From assembly GCA_965204755.1 (NCBI GenBank), contig OZ242011.1, forward strand, positions 768,001 to 832,000: a stretch of DNA of 64,000 nucleotides, read 5' to 3'. Both the position numbers and the translations under genes were made by a program. The notes below the pieces were generated by a model. The model had not been told where the DNA came from. It was given only the letters and a program-made list of their open reading frames with translations, and made no database searches. The first letter of the stretch is position 1, and the number at the start of each line of letters is the position of its first letter. Source of the DNA: Candidatus Marinacidobacterium sp. (lineage in GTDB: Bacteria; Acidobacteriota; Vicinamibacteria; Marinacidobacterales; Marinacidobacteraceae). Positions 20,172-30,240 of the stretch are shown here, in pieces.

Positions 20172-20256
20172 GGGAAACCCCCGGAAAGGACTTCGCGCGG
20201 GACGCCCGAAGGAAGGACCGACGAACGCCTCCGCGCGGACGGAGACGGCGGAACGA

Positions 20257-21297
20257 TCAGCGGTAGGTCGCGATGACCTGCTCGAGCGTCTCCGGCGGCG
20301 GCCGCAGCGCGCCGGCGTCCAGGGAGGCGAGCGGCGAGCCCACCATCTCCAGGGTGTCGAGCAGGGTGCGCTTTTCCGGCTCCAGGTAGATGAGCCCGGT
20401 GAGGAACAGCGCGTTCTCGTCCGAGTCGAGGAGCAGTTCGCGGGCGGCGCGCCGGTTCGTCGGGTCGTAGTCCCGCTCCAGTTTGCGGAGACGGACGAAG
20501 GAGCCGTCGTGCAACTGCACTTCGCGCGTCTCCCCCTCTTCGTACTCCACTTCGATCTGCTCGAAGTGGGGCACGAAGTCCACCATGTGGATCGGCTCCC
20601 GGTGGTCGCGTCCCCAACTGTAACTCTTGGTCGAACCGGTGTGGTTGTTGAAGGTCACGCAGGGGCTGAGGATGTCGATGACCGCGGTGCCGCCGTGGGC
20701 GAGCGCCCCGCGCAGCAGGGCGACCAGTTGTTTCGGGTCCCCGGCGAAGGAACGCGCCACATAGGTCGCGCCCAACTCGACCGCCATGCCGCAGAGGTCG
20801 ATGTTCGGCAGCCGGTTCACTTCGCCGGAACGGAGCACCGCGTTCTCGTCGGCGGTGGCGGAGAACTGCCCCTTGGTGAGGCCGTACACCCCGTTGTTCT
20901 CGACGATGTAGATCAGCGGCAGGTTGCGGCGGACCAGGTGCACGAACTGCCCGATCCCGATCGAGGCGGTGTCCCCGTCGCCGGAGACGCCCACCGCGAC
21001 CAGGTCCCGGTTGGCCAGCACCGCGCCGGTGGCCACCGAGGGCATCCGCCCGTGGACGGCGTTGAAGCCGTGGCTCCGGTCGAGGAAGTAGGCCGGGGTC
21101 TTCGAGGAACAGCCGATCCCCGACAACTTCGCCACCCGGTACGGCCGCACATCGGACTCGAAGAACGCCCGGATCAGTTGCGAGGAGATCGCGTCGTGCC
21201 CGCACCCCTTGCAGAGGGTCGAAGGCTTGCCGCGGTAGTCGCCGTGCGTGAGGCCGACGCGGTTTTCCTTGTGCCGGGATGCTGACGGGGTGGCCAT
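20257..21297 (-). CDS. korB: 2-oxoacid:ferredoxin oxidoreductase beta subunit
   Basis: C.GCGH, SGIGCS, HGR, GDGD...NNGVYGLTKGQ ThDP motif, SPCVTFN. Confidence 0.92.
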   Translation of the reverse strand: MATPSASRHKENRVGLTHGDYRGKPSTLCKGCGHDAISSQLIRAFFESDVRPYRVAKLSGIGCSSKTPAYFLDRSHGFNAVHGRMPSVATGAVLANRDLVAVGVSGDGDTASIGIGQFVHLVRRNLPLIYIVENNGVYGLTKGQFSATADENAVLRSGEVNRLPNIDLCGMAVELGATYVARSFAGDPKQLVALLRGALAHGGTAVIDILSPCVTFNNHTGSTKSYSWGRDHREPIHMVDFVPHFEQIEVEYEEGETREVQLHDGSFVRLRKLERDYDPTNRRAARELLLDSDENALFLTGLIYLEPEKRTLLDTLEMVGSPLASLDAGALRPPPETLEQVIATYR

Positions 21298-21396
21298 GGG
21301 GGGAGGGGGCTCGGTTACTGCGCGAGGGTAGGGAGAGAAGCGGGGAGGGGACGCGGGGTCAGGGATTCTGACGCGGACGCCGCGCCGACAGGCGCG

Positions 21397-21450
21397 TCGG
21401 GAAGCGCATCGGGAAGCGCATCGGGGAGCGAATCGGGGAGCGAATCGGGG
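21397..21450. repeat. 12-bp tandem repeat, about 4.5 copies
   Basis: TCGGGAAGCGCA / TCGGGGAGCGAA units between korA and korB. Confidence 0.85.
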
Positions 21451-21456
21451 CGCCGG

Positions 21457-23331
21457 TCACCGCGCGTCTCCCGGAAAAGCGTCCGCGAGCGCGTCGGCGA
21501 CCGTCTTCGCGTCGAGCGGCTGCCCGCTGTAGTGCCGCAGGCTCCTCACCACGCCCTCCGGGATGCGGTCGCCGTACTCGGCTCGAATCATCTGCAGCAG
21601 TTGGCCGTCCCGGTTCTGGTCGAGCACCAGGACGCGCCGCCGCCGGGTGATGAAGTCGAGCACGGAAGGGGCGAACGGCAGCGCCCGGAGGCGGAGGTAG
21701 TCCACTTCGATCCCGGCGTCCGCCCGGAGGAACGCCCGGGCCTCCTCGATCGCCGGATCGGAGGAGCCGAAGCCGATGATCCCGAGGGCGTTCGGCGGGC
21801 TCGGCGCCTCCGGCTCGTCCACCGCCGGCGGGGGCGCGAGATCCCGGGCGGTTTCCATCTTGCGGTTCAGCCGGTCCATGATGCGGACATAGGCCTCGGC
21901 GCTCTCGGTGTACTCGGCGTTCTCGTCGTGCCCGCTCCCCCGGGTGAAGTACGCCGCCGCCGGGTGTTCGGTGCCGGGCAGCGTCCGGTAGGGAATCGCG
22001 TCCCCGTCCACATCGCCGTACCGCTGGAAGGAGCCGAGCCGCTCGAGGTCCTCTTTCGACAGCACCTTGCCCCGGTCCATCGGGCGGTCGGGATAGGCGA
22101 ACGGGTCGGTCGCCCAGATGTTCATTCCCAGGTCGAGGTCGGAGAGGACGAACACCGGCGTCTGCAGCCGCTCCGCCAGGTCGAAACCCCGCCAGCCGAA
22201 CTCGAAGCACTCCGCCACCGACGCAGGAAGCAGGCAGACATGCTGCGTGTCACCGTGGGACAGGGTGTGGACGAACTGCAGGTCCCCCTGCGCGGTCCGG
22301 GTGGGGAGCCCGGTGGAGGGCCCCACCCGTTGGATGTCCCAGATGACCACCGGGATCTCCGCGTAGTAGCCGAGACCGACGAACTCCGACATGAGCGAGA
22401 TGCCGGGCCCCGAAGTGGCGGTCATCGCGCGCGCCCCCGCCCAGCCGGCGCCGAGGGCCATGCCGACCGCGGCCAACTCGTCCTCGGCCTGCACCACCGC
22501 GAAAGTCGCCTTGCCCTCCTCGTCGCGCCGGTGTTTCTCCAAGAAACCGCTCAACTGCTCGACCACGCTCGAAGAAGGCGTGATCGGGTACCAAGTGGCC
22601 ACCGAGACGCCGCCGAACATGCAGCCGAGCGCCGCCGCCGCGTTCCCGTCGATGAGGATCTTGCCCCGGTTCGCGTCCATGCGGCTCACCGAGTAGGCGT
22701 CGCGCTTTTCGAGGTGCTCCCTCGCGTACTCGGCGCCGGTGTCCACCGCCCGCACATTCAGGCCCACCGCCGTCTTCTTGCCCTTGAACTGGGTCTCGAT
22801 GGCGCCCCGGATCTCCTCGATCTCGACGGAGAGCAGTTCGGCGACCACGCCCACATAGATCATGTTGGCGAGCAACTTCCGCAGGCGGACTTCGTTCGCC
22901 ACCCGGGCGGCGAGTTCCTGGAACGGGACCGGGTAGAAGACCAGGTCGTCCCGCAGGCGCTCGAGTTTCAGCGAGGCCTCGTAGAGGACCGCCTTTCCCG
23001 GGGTGAGCGCCGCCACATCGCGCTCCGCCGTCTGCGGGTTCAGCGCCACGAGGAAGTCCACCTCGCGCTTCCGGGCGACCCACCCGTCGCGGTTCGCCCG
23101 GATGGTGAACCAGGTCGGCAGCCCCGCGATGTTCGACGGGAAGAGGTTCTTGCCGCCGACCGGAATCCCCATCCGGAACAGCGACCGCAGGAGGACCAGG
23201 TTCGAAGACTGGCTCCCCGAACCGTTGACGGTCGCGACCTGGATGGTCAGGTCGTTGACGATCGGACCGCGGTCCGGTCTTTCGTCCGGCGCCCCGGTCA
23301 GCGGCTCGGCGACGGCCGCTTGTTCTGCCAT
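21457..23331 (-). CDS. korA: 2-oxoacid:ferredoxin oxidoreductase alpha subunit
   Basis: YPITPSS, QAEDELAA, ATSGPGISLM, QRVGPSTGLPT; start re-chosen at MAEQ. Confidence 0.92.
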   Translation of the reverse strand: MAEQAAVAEPLTGAPDERPDRGPIVNDLTIQVATVNGSGSQSSNLVLLRSLFRMGIPVGGKNLFPSNIAGLPTWFTIRANRDGWVARKREVDFLVALNPQTAERDVAALTPGKAVLYEASLKLERLRDDLVFYPVPFQELAARVANEVRLRKLLANMIYVGVVAELLSVEIEEIRGAIETQFKGKKTAVGLNVRAVDTGAEYAREHLEKRDAYSVSRMDANRGKILIDGNAAAALGCMFGGVSVATWYPITPSSSVVEQLSGFLEKHRRDEEGKATFAVVQAEDELAAVGMALGAGWAGARAMTATSGPGISLMSEFVGLGYYAEIPVVIWDIQRVGPSTGLPTRTAQGDLQFVHTLSHGDTQHVCLLPASVAECFEFGWRGFDLAERLQTPVFVLSDLDLGMNIWATDPFAYPDRPMDRGKVLSKEDLERLGSFQRYGDVDGDAIPYRTLPGTEHPAAAYFTRGSGHDENAEYTESAEAYVRIMDRLNRKMETARDLAPPPAVDEPEAPSPPNALGIIGFGSSDPAIEEARAFLRADAGIEVDYLRLRALPFAPSVLDFITRRRRVLVLDQNRDGQLLQMIRAEYGDRIPEGVVRSLRHYSGQPLDAKTVADALADAFPGDAR

Positions 23332-23704
23332 GCGTATTCTTGTCCGGCGCCCTCGGCGCGGGAGGCCTCTCGCGGCGGGCGGATGCCGCCGGCGGCCAAA
23401 CGGCCCGGCAGCGGGTGGAAAAAGGGTCGGGGGCGAGGGAATTCGCGGCGCCCGGAGAGGGGCCGCCCCCCGGCCGGCGCGAAACCCGGAAGTCCCCGTC
23501 GGGGAACCGACTCCCGGAACGCGCCGGCGAACGGGCGCGGATTGTACCGATAAGGAACCGCCGCAAAACGCCGAAAACCGGGGATTTCGGAGGTCGTCCT
23601 CCCTCGCCGGGCGCCCTGCCTGTCTAGACTCCCCTGCCCCCGCCCCGCCCGCCGAGCGCCGCCGGCGGCCCCGGGGCCGCCGGGAATTCGACGAGACCCC
23701 GACG

Positions 23705-24559
23705 ATGCGACCGACCTGGCAAGGGAGCCTGAAACTGGCGCTGGTGCTGGTGCCGGTCAAGGCCTACCCGGCGGCCCGGCTCAAGCCGGTGTCCATGAAC
23801 CAGTTGCACCAGGAGTGCGGCTCGCGCATCCGGCAGGCCCGGCGCTGCCCCACCTGCGACCGGGATGTGGAGAAGGACGAGATCGCCCGCGGCTACGAGT
23901 TCACCAAGGACCGGTATGTGATCCTCGAAGAGGAGGACCTGAAGGCCCTTCAACTCCCCTCGCTGCGGACGCTGGAGATCGTGCAGTTCGTGGAGGAGAG
24001 CGAGATCAACCCGCTCTACTACCACGGCTCCTACTACCTCGCCCCCGGGGGCGAAGTCGCCGCCGGCCCGTTCCACACCATCCTCGAGGCGATGCGCGCC
24101 TCCGGCCGGGTGGCGCTCGCGCAGGTGGTGCTGGGCGGCAAGGAGAAGGTGGTCGCCATCCGCCCCGGCGACGGGGTGTTCGTGATGTCCTTCCTCCACT
24201 ACGAGGACGAGGTGAGGCAGGTCTCCGAGATCGAGCAGTTGCCGTCGGCGGTGGCGCCGAGCCCGGCGGAGACGGCGATGGCGAAGCAACTCCTCGAGTC
24301 CTACGCCAAACCCTTCGACGCCGGCGCGTTCGAGGACACCTACCGCAAGAAGTTCCTGGAGATCGTGGCGGCCAAGCAGAAGGGGGAGGAGGTGGTGGCC
24401 GCGCCCAGCGTCGAGCCGCAGCGGGTGGTGAACCTGATGGACGCGCTGAAGTCCAGCCTCGCCCGGATCGAGTCCGAGCGACTCGGCGGCGAGACCGCGC
24501 CGGACAGCGGCCCCGGCGACGCCGAAGCGGCGCCCGAGGCCAAGCGGCTCGCCGGCTGA
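23705..24559 (+). CDS. ku: Non-homologous end-joining protein Ku
   Basis: MRPTWQGSL.L.LV.VPVK.Y, GYEF, YYL.P, VVNLMDALKSS. Confidence 0.95.
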   Translation: MRPTWQGSLKLALVLVPVKAYPAARLKPVSMNQLHQECGSRIRQARRCPTCDRDVEKDEIARGYEFTKDRYVILEEEDLKALQLPSLRTLEIVQFVEESEINPLYYHGSYYLAPGGEVAAGPFHTILEAMRASGRVALAQVVLGGKEKVVAIRPGDGVFVMSFLHYEDEVRQVSEIEQLPSAVAPSPAETAMAKQLLESYAKPFDAGAFEDTYRKKFLEIVAAKQKGEEVVAAPSVEPQRVVNLMDALKSSLARIESERLGGETAPDSGPGDAEAAPEAKRLAG

Positions 24560-24653
24560 CCCTTCCTCCGGAGGCCGCCCCTCGGCGGGCGCACGGGGCC
24601 CCGCCCCTCCGGCGGCGTTCCCCGCCGACTGGCTGGCCGAGGGCCTCCGCCCG

Positions 24654-25565
24654 ATGCTCGCCGGAACCGGCAAGCCCTTCGACTCGGCGAACCACCTGTT
24701 CGACGCCAAGTGGGACGGGCTCCGCTCCATCGCCTTCTTCGGCCCCGAAACGCGGCTGCAGGCCCGGAGCCTCCGCAACCAGACGCCCGGGTTCCCCGAA
24801 CTCGCGGACGCGCTCGCCCGCCTGCCGGGCGCCGGGGTGCTGGACGGCGAGATCGTGGTGCTCGAGGGCCGCCGCCCCAGTTTCCTGCGGGTCATGGAGC
24901 GGAACCGGCTGACCGACCCCGGCGCGGTCCGGAAGGCCGCGGATCGCCGGCCGGCCCACTTCGTCGCCTTCGACCTCCTCTGGCGCGACGGGGAGCGGCT
25001 CACCGACCGCCCGCTCGAAGAGCGCCGCCGGCGGCTGGACGACCTCCTGCCCGGCGGCGAGGGATCGGTGTTCGCCAACCCGCGGGTGGTCGGCGCCGGG
25101 CGCCGGTTCTACGCGGCCATGCGCGAACGGCGGATGGAGGGGATGGTGGCCAAGCGCCTGGCGAGCCCCTACCGGATCGGCGAACGGAGCGACGACTGGC
25201 TCAAGGTCAAGGTGCGCCGGCGGTCGAGTTGCGTGGTGTTCGGGACGCTCCACCGAGGCGAGGACGGCCCGGTGCGCTCCCTGGTCGTCGGCGCCTACGG
25301 CCCGGAGGGCCCGGTCTGGCTGGGCAATGTCGGAAGCGGACTCGACGACGAAACGCGCGCCGCCCTCCGGGAGCAACTGCGCGGCCTGGAAGTCCCCCGC
25401 CCGGACGGGTTCCCCGCGGAGGGCGACGGCGTCCTCCGCTTCGTCCGCCCGGTGCTCGTCGCGCTGGTGGAGTACCTGGAAGTCACCCCGAACGGCCACC
25501 TCCGCCACCCGACTTTCCTGGGTTTCCAGGACCTCGACCCGCGGGACTGCCGCCCTCCGGAATAG
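24654..25565 (+). CDS. ligD: ATP-dependent DNA ligase (LigD ligase domain only)
   Basis: KWDGLR, LDGEIV, AFDLL, EGMVAKR..SPY..G.RS.DWLKVK, G.VGSG, LRHP. Confidence 0.9.
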   Translation: MLAGTGKPFDSANHLFDAKWDGLRSIAFFGPETRLQARSLRNQTPGFPELADALARLPGAGVLDGEIVVLEGRRPSFLRVMERNRLTDPGAVRKAADRRPAHFVAFDLLWRDGERLTDRPLEERRRRLDDLLPGGEGSVFANPRVVGAGRRFYAAMRERRMEGMVAKRLASPYRIGERSDDWLKVKVRRRSSCVVFGTLHRGEDGPVRSLVVGAYGPEGPVWLGNVGSGLDDETRAALREQLRGLEVPRPDGFPAEGDGVLRFVRPVLVALVEYLEVTPNGHLRHPTFLGFQDLDPRDCRPPE

Positions 25566-25725
25566 GCGCCGCCGCCGTTCGACGCTTCCCCGACCGACGG
25601 CAGGAGCGCGCCGTTCCCGAGGAGTCGGCGGCTGATACTGTTTCGCCCCCCTTCCGCCGCCGCGAATCGGCGCGGCCGCAGTCGAAGACCGGATTCCCGT
25701 CGGACGAACCATCGAGACCGCGCCC

Positions 25726-27972
25726 ATGTACAAGATCATCACAGGTTACAAGTTGGAACACCTGCTCGGTGACATCGAGAGCGGAAGGCTCGCCCTTCCG
25801 GACATCCAGCGCCCCTTCGTCTGGAAACCGGCGCAGGTGCGCGACCTGTTCGATTCGCTCTATCGCGGGTTCCCGGTGGGAACGCTGATGTTCTGGGAGA
25901 CCGGCGCGGAAGTCGGCGCGAAACAGGTCGGCGGCGGAGCGGCGGATTCCGTTCCCAGACTGCTCATCATCGACGGGCAGCAGCGCCTGACTTCCCTCTA
26001 CTCCGTGATGAAGGGCGTCCCGGTGCTGACGGCCGCTTTCGAGACGAAGCAGATCCGCATCGCGTTCCGTCCCGCGGACGCGAGTTTCGAAGTTACTGAC
26101 GCGGCGATCCGGAGCGATCCGGAGTTCATCTCCGATATCAGCGTGCTCTGGAAGGGCAAGTTCAAGGGAACCGTACAGTCGTATCTCGATGGCTTGGCGG
26201 AAAAGCGTGGCGCCCCCATTGACGACGACGAGGAAGAACGCCTCGAATCCGCGATCGACCAAGTGCGCGATCTGCGCAGGTTCCATTTCCAGGTCATCGC
26301 GATGAGCGACCGCGCCAGCGAGGAAGAGGTCGCCGAGATCTTCACCCGGATCAACTCGCAGGGCATCACCCTCAGTCAGGCCGACTTCGTCCTGACGCTG
26401 CTGTCGGTCCATTGGGAGCAGGGGCGCCGGGCGCTCGAGCGCTTCGCCCGAGACGCGACCAAGGCCTTCGGGGCCATCGCCAATCCCTTCATCGCCCCTT
26501 CCCCTGACCAGATGCTGCGTGTCAGCGTCGGCTTGGCTTTCCGTCGCGGAAGGATGCAGACGATCTACCAGATGCTCCGGGGCAAGGACCTCGAAACCGG
26601 CAAGACTTCGCCGGCGCGGCGCGACGAGCAGTTCCAACGGCTTCGACGAGACCAGAAAGCCGTCCTCGATCCCCACAACTGGGGACTATTCCTCCACTGC
26701 CTGCGCCGCGCCGGGTTCCGCAGCCGCCGCACCGTGACCTCCGACGGCGCGCTGCTGTTCAGTTACCTGCTCTGGCTGGTCGGAAGGGAGGACTTCGGGA
26801 TCGGGCACGAGGAGTTGGAGCCGACGATCGCCCGGTGGTTCTTCATGGCCCACACCACCGGGCGTTACACCTCGTCGCCCGAGACGGTCATCGAGGCCGA
26901 CCTCCGCCGGCTCGCTTCCATCGAAGCAGGGAACCGCAAAGCGTTTCACTCGGAACTGGACCGGATCATCGCAGCGACATTCACGCCCGACTACTGGAAG
27001 ATCACGCTGCCGTCCAAATTCGACGGGACGGCGGCCAAGTCTCCGGCCCTCTCGGCGTACTGGGCGGCGCTCTACCTGCTGGACGCCGAGATCCTGTTCT
27101 CCCACACTTCCGTACGCGATGTGCTCGATCCGGATCTCGCCGGCAACGCCGATCCGAACCCCGAACGGCATCACCTGTTCCCGCTGGGACAACTCGCGGC
27201 CGAGGGATGGACCGAGCAACAGCAGCACGCGATCGCCAACAAGGCGTTCGTGGAGTGGCCCGAGGGCGTCCGATCGAGCGCGGCGCCGTCGGATTACTGG
27301 CAAAAAGCCACGCATCACCTCGAACTTGAACGCGTGCGCCGCCAGACCTATTGGCACGCCCTGCCACCCGGCTGGCAGACCGCGAACTACGGCGAGTTTC
27401 TCGAACAGCGGCGGGACCGCATGGCGAAGGTCGTGCGCGACGCCTTCATCAGGATCAGCCCGAACAGCGATGACGGCGGCGGCTCCACCCTGGACTTGAT
27501 TCGGGGCGGGGAAACGCAGACCGTGGAGTTCAAGTCCACGGCGCGCACGAACTTGGTCACCGGGCAAAAGGACCCCAAGATGCAGCACGCGATCGCCAAG
27601 GCCGTGTGCGGCTTCATGAACAACGAGGGGGGAGTCCTCCTCATCGGCGTGAGTGACGACGGCGGAATCCCCGGAATCGAAGACGAGATGGCCCGACTGA
27701 GCAAGCCGAATCGGGATGGCTTCGGACTCATGGTCGCGGACATCCTCACTTCACGGTTGAGTTTCCCGATCGCCAGGACGGTCGGCATCGGCTTCGAGAA
27801 ATGCCACGGTAGGACGCTCTGCTGCGTCCAGGTCGGCCTCGCGCCGAAGCCGGTGTTTTCGAAGCCCCCGAATGGCGGCCAACCCGTCGAGTTCTGGGTC
27901 CGTCAGGGAGCGGGCACGGTCCAACTCTTCGGCGACAAGGCGTTCGAGTACCAGAAGCAGCGATTCCACTGA
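25726..27972 (+). CDS. DUF262 (GmrSD-like) protein with degenerate HNH-like region and C-terminal Schlafen/AlbA_2 domain
   Basis: LPDIQRPFVW, IDGQQRLTS, IFTRINSQG; ERHHLFP...IAN; ETQTVEFKS and AVCGFMNNEGGVLLIGVSDDG. Confidence 0.85.
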   Translation: MYKIITGYKLEHLLGDIESGRLALPDIQRPFVWKPAQVRDLFDSLYRGFPVGTLMFWETGAEVGAKQVGGGAADSVPRLLIIDGQQRLTSLYSVMKGVPVLTAAFETKQIRIAFRPADASFEVTDAAIRSDPEFISDISVLWKGKFKGTVQSYLDGLAEKRGAPIDDDEEERLESAIDQVRDLRRFHFQVIAMSDRASEEEVAEIFTRINSQGITLSQADFVLTLLSVHWEQGRRALERFARDATKAFGAIANPFIAPSPDQMLRVSVGLAFRRGRMQTIYQMLRGKDLETGKTSPARRDEQFQRLRRDQKAVLDPHNWGLFLHCLRRAGFRSRRTVTSDGALLFSYLLWLVGREDFGIGHEELEPTIARWFFMAHTTGRYTSSPETVIEADLRRLASIEAGNRKAFHSELDRIIAATFTPDYWKITLPSKFDGTAAKSPALSAYWAALYLLDAEILFSHTSVRDVLDPDLAGNADPNPERHHLFPLGQLAAEGWTEQQQHAIANKAFVEWPEGVRSSAAPSDYWQKATHHLELERVRRQTYWHALPPGWQTANYGEFLEQRRDRMAKVVRDAFIRISPNSDDGGGSTLDLIRGGETQTVEFKSTARTNLVTGQKDPKMQHAIAKAVCGFMNNEGGVLLIGVSDDGGIPGIEDEMARLSKPNRDGFGLMVADILTSRLSFPIARTVGIGFEKCHGRTLCCVQVGLAPKPVFSKPPNGGQPVEFWVRQGAGTVQLFGDKAFEYQKQRFH

Positions 27973-28020
27973 CGGCGGTTCCTGCGAGAGGACCGGCGGG
28001 CGTCGGGGGCGCTCTTGCCT

Positions 28021-28614
28021 CTACTCCTCCAACAAGTCCAGCACGGAGCGGACGATTCGGGCGGTGATTCCCCAGACTTCGCGGCCGGCGGCGTGGTATC
28101 GCCAGTTCTTGAGCGGGACTTCCGGAGGGCCGGGGATCGCGGGAGGACGCGGCAGGTACTCGACGGTCTCGGCGCCGGGGGCGAGCAACTCGGCGAGCGG
28201 GGCCTCGAAGATCTCGTCCACTTCCGGGCCGGCGGCGAAGCGCGCGCCGGGGGACACCACGCCCAAGAAAGGGACCAGCCGGAAGCCGTGGACGGTGGGC
28301 CACTCGTCGAGTCGGCCGAGCACGCGAACCTGCCCCGGGTCGAGGCCGATCTCCTCCCGCGCCTCGCGCAGGGCGGCGTCCCGCTCCGACCCGTCCCCGG
28401 GATCCACCATGCCGCCGGGGAACGCGATGTGGCCCGGCTGACGGCGGAGGTCGGCGGCGCGGCGGGTGAGGAGGAGGCGCCGGTCGCCCTCGCTGCCGGT
28501 CAGCGGCGCGAGCACCGCGGCCGTTCGCCGGCCGCCGGGCTCCCGCCGCGGCGGGCGTTCCCGCAGCCGGGCTGCCAGGCGCTCCGGGAGCGGCTCGGCG
28601 AGGGACCGGCTCAC
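28021..28614 (-). CDS. Nudix hydrolase, CoA pyrophosphatase family
   Basis: LLTRR..LR..PG.IAFPGG...D....AALREAREEIGL, VWGITA. Confidence 0.9.
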   Translation of the reverse strand: MSRSLAEPLPERLAARLRERPPRREPGGRRTAAVLAPLTGSEGDRRLLLTRRAADLRRQPGHIAFPGGMVDPGDGSERDAALREAREEIGLDPGQVRVLGRLDEWPTVHGFRLVPFLGVVSPGARFAAGPEVDEIFEAPLAELLAPGAETVEYLPRPPAIPGPPEVPLKNWRYHAAGREVWGITARIVRSVLDLLEE

Positions 28615-28687
28615 CGGCCGCGTGGAGGAATGCCCGCGCAGGGCGAGCGGGAGGCCACCGGCGCGTCAATATACTCGCCGCCGACCG

Positions 28688-29224
28688 ATGACCGCGCCCC
28701 CGATGACCCTCTCGCCGCTCGGCCGTTCGCGCTCCCTCCGCGCCGCTTTCGCCCTCGTCGCCGTCCTCGGCGCGGGCCCGGCCGCCGCGCAGACGCTCGT
28801 CCAAGTCGGTTCTTCGACCGAAACCGCCGGCGTGTCCGAGTGGACGCTGGGCGTCGGTTACGACTTCGACTTCCCGGCGCTCCCGTTCAGCGTCGGCGTG
28901 TTCGGCCAGACCGGCTTCGGCCGAACGGATCGGCTGCCCGCCACCGGCGGCGGCGAGCCGACGACCCGGCGCTCGTTCCCGGCGCGCGCCTTCGGCGTGG
29001 TCAAGATGGGGCTGCTGCCGACGCCCGGCTTCCGGCTCTACCTGGGACTCGGCGGCGGCGTCGCGACGCGGGTCCGGGCGGTGACCGAGCAGGAGGTGAA
29101 TCCCGCCGGACTCGCGCTCGCCGGCTTCTCCGGCGGCCGGCTGACCCTGGAGGTGCAGTACCAGCGCGACTTCGCCGAGACCGCGGTGAACCGCTGGGCG
29201 TACTTGCTCGGGGTCTCGTTCTGA
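28688..29224 (+). CDS. Exported hypothetical protein, probable small outer-membrane beta-barrel
   Basis: Signal peptide (AAA-Q), alternating beta-strand pattern, terminal GVSF. Confidence 0.6.
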   Translation: MTAPPMTLSPLGRSRSLRAAFALVAVLGAGPAAAQTLVQVGSSTETAGVSEWTLGVGYDFDFPALPFSVGVFGQTGFGRTDRLPATGGGEPTTRRSFPARAFGVVKMGLLPTPGFRLYLGLGGGVATRVRAVTEQEVNPAGLALAGFSGGRLTLEVQYQRDFAETAVNRWAYLLGVSF

Positions 29225-30240
29225 TCCGGCCGGCGGCCTGTTCCGCCCCCACCCGGGTGGACCTGGCGGGCGGCACCCTGGACATCTGGCCGATCGCGAT
29301 GCTGGTGCCGCGGGCGGCCACGGTGAACGCGGCGATCTCGCTGCGCGCCCGCGCGGAAGCGCTTCCGGCGAAACGCTTCCGGGTGGTGAACCGGGAGCGG
29401 AACCTCGACGCCGCGGCGGATGAAATCGAGTCCCTCTTCGAGCACCCGTTCACCGCGCTCCCCGCCCGGTTGGTCTCCTTCTTCACGCAGGGCGAACCGG
29501 TGGAACTCCGGTTCCACACCACGGCTCCGCCGGGGTCCGGGCTCGGCGGTTCTTCGGCGCTGGGCATGGCGATCGCCGGAGCGCTGAACGAGGCCTCCGG
29601 CGCCGGTTGGAGCGTGCCCGAGTTGGTCCGGATCGTCGTGGACACCGAGGTCCGGATCCTCCGCACCGCCACCGGTTCCCAGGACCAGTTCGCCGCCGGG
29701 CTCGGCGGCGTCCACATCCACCACTGGGAGACCCCGGCGCCGCGCTCCGAACCGCTGCCGTGGGGAGAGGGCGCCGACGACCCGCTGGCCACGCGATTCG
29801 TCGTGGTCTTCACCGGCGAAGCGCACGCTTCCGGGGACTCCAACCGACGGGTCCTGGAGCGGATCCTCGCCCGCGAGCCGAGCGCCGTCCGGGGGATCGA
29901 GGGGCTCGCGGAGGCGGCCTACGGGATGCGCGCCGCGCTGCTCGCCGGGGACTGGGACGGCGTCGCCACCCAACTCGACCGCGAATGGGCGGCCCGCAAG
30001 TCGTGCGCGGCGTCGGTGACCACCCCCACGCTCGACCGCTTCGAGGAGGCGCTCCGCTCCGCCGGCGCCCGGGCGGTGAAGGCCTGCGGCGCCGGCGCCG
30101 GAGGGACGCTGCTGGCGCTGTGCCGCCCGGCCGACCGGGACGCGGTCGCAGCCGCCGCCCGGGCGGCCGGAGGCGAAGCGCTGCCGGCCCGCACCGACCC
30201 GGTCGGCCTCCGCCCGGAGAGTCCCTCCGCCGCCCCGTGA
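29221..30240 (+). CDS. GHMP kinase, HddA/heptose-phosphate-kinase-like (start uncertain)
   Basis: APTRVDLAGGTLD, PPGSGLGGSS, G.QDQ, K.CGAGAGG. Confidence 0.85.
   Translation: MIRPAACSAPTRVDLAGGTLDIWPIAMLVPRAATVNAAISLRARAEALPAKRFRVVNRERNLDAAADEIESLFEHPFTALPARLVSFFTQGEPVELRFHTTAPPGSGLGGSSALGMAIAGALNEASGAGWSVPELVRIVVDTEVRILRTATGSQDQFAAGLGGVHIHHWETPAPRSEPLPWGEGADDPLATRFVVVFTGEAHASGDSNRRVLERILAREPSAVRGIEGLAEAAYGMRAALLAGDWDGVATQLDREWAARKSCAASVTTPTLDRFEEALRSAGARAVKACGAGAGGTLLALCRPADRDAVAAAARAAGGEALPARTDPVGLRPESPSAAP

Noticed and set aside
27758-27770. 13-nt match (TGAGTTTCCCGAT) between CRISPR-like spacer 1 and the DUF262-Schlafen gene
   Set aside because: Too short and flanks do not pair; compatible with chance.
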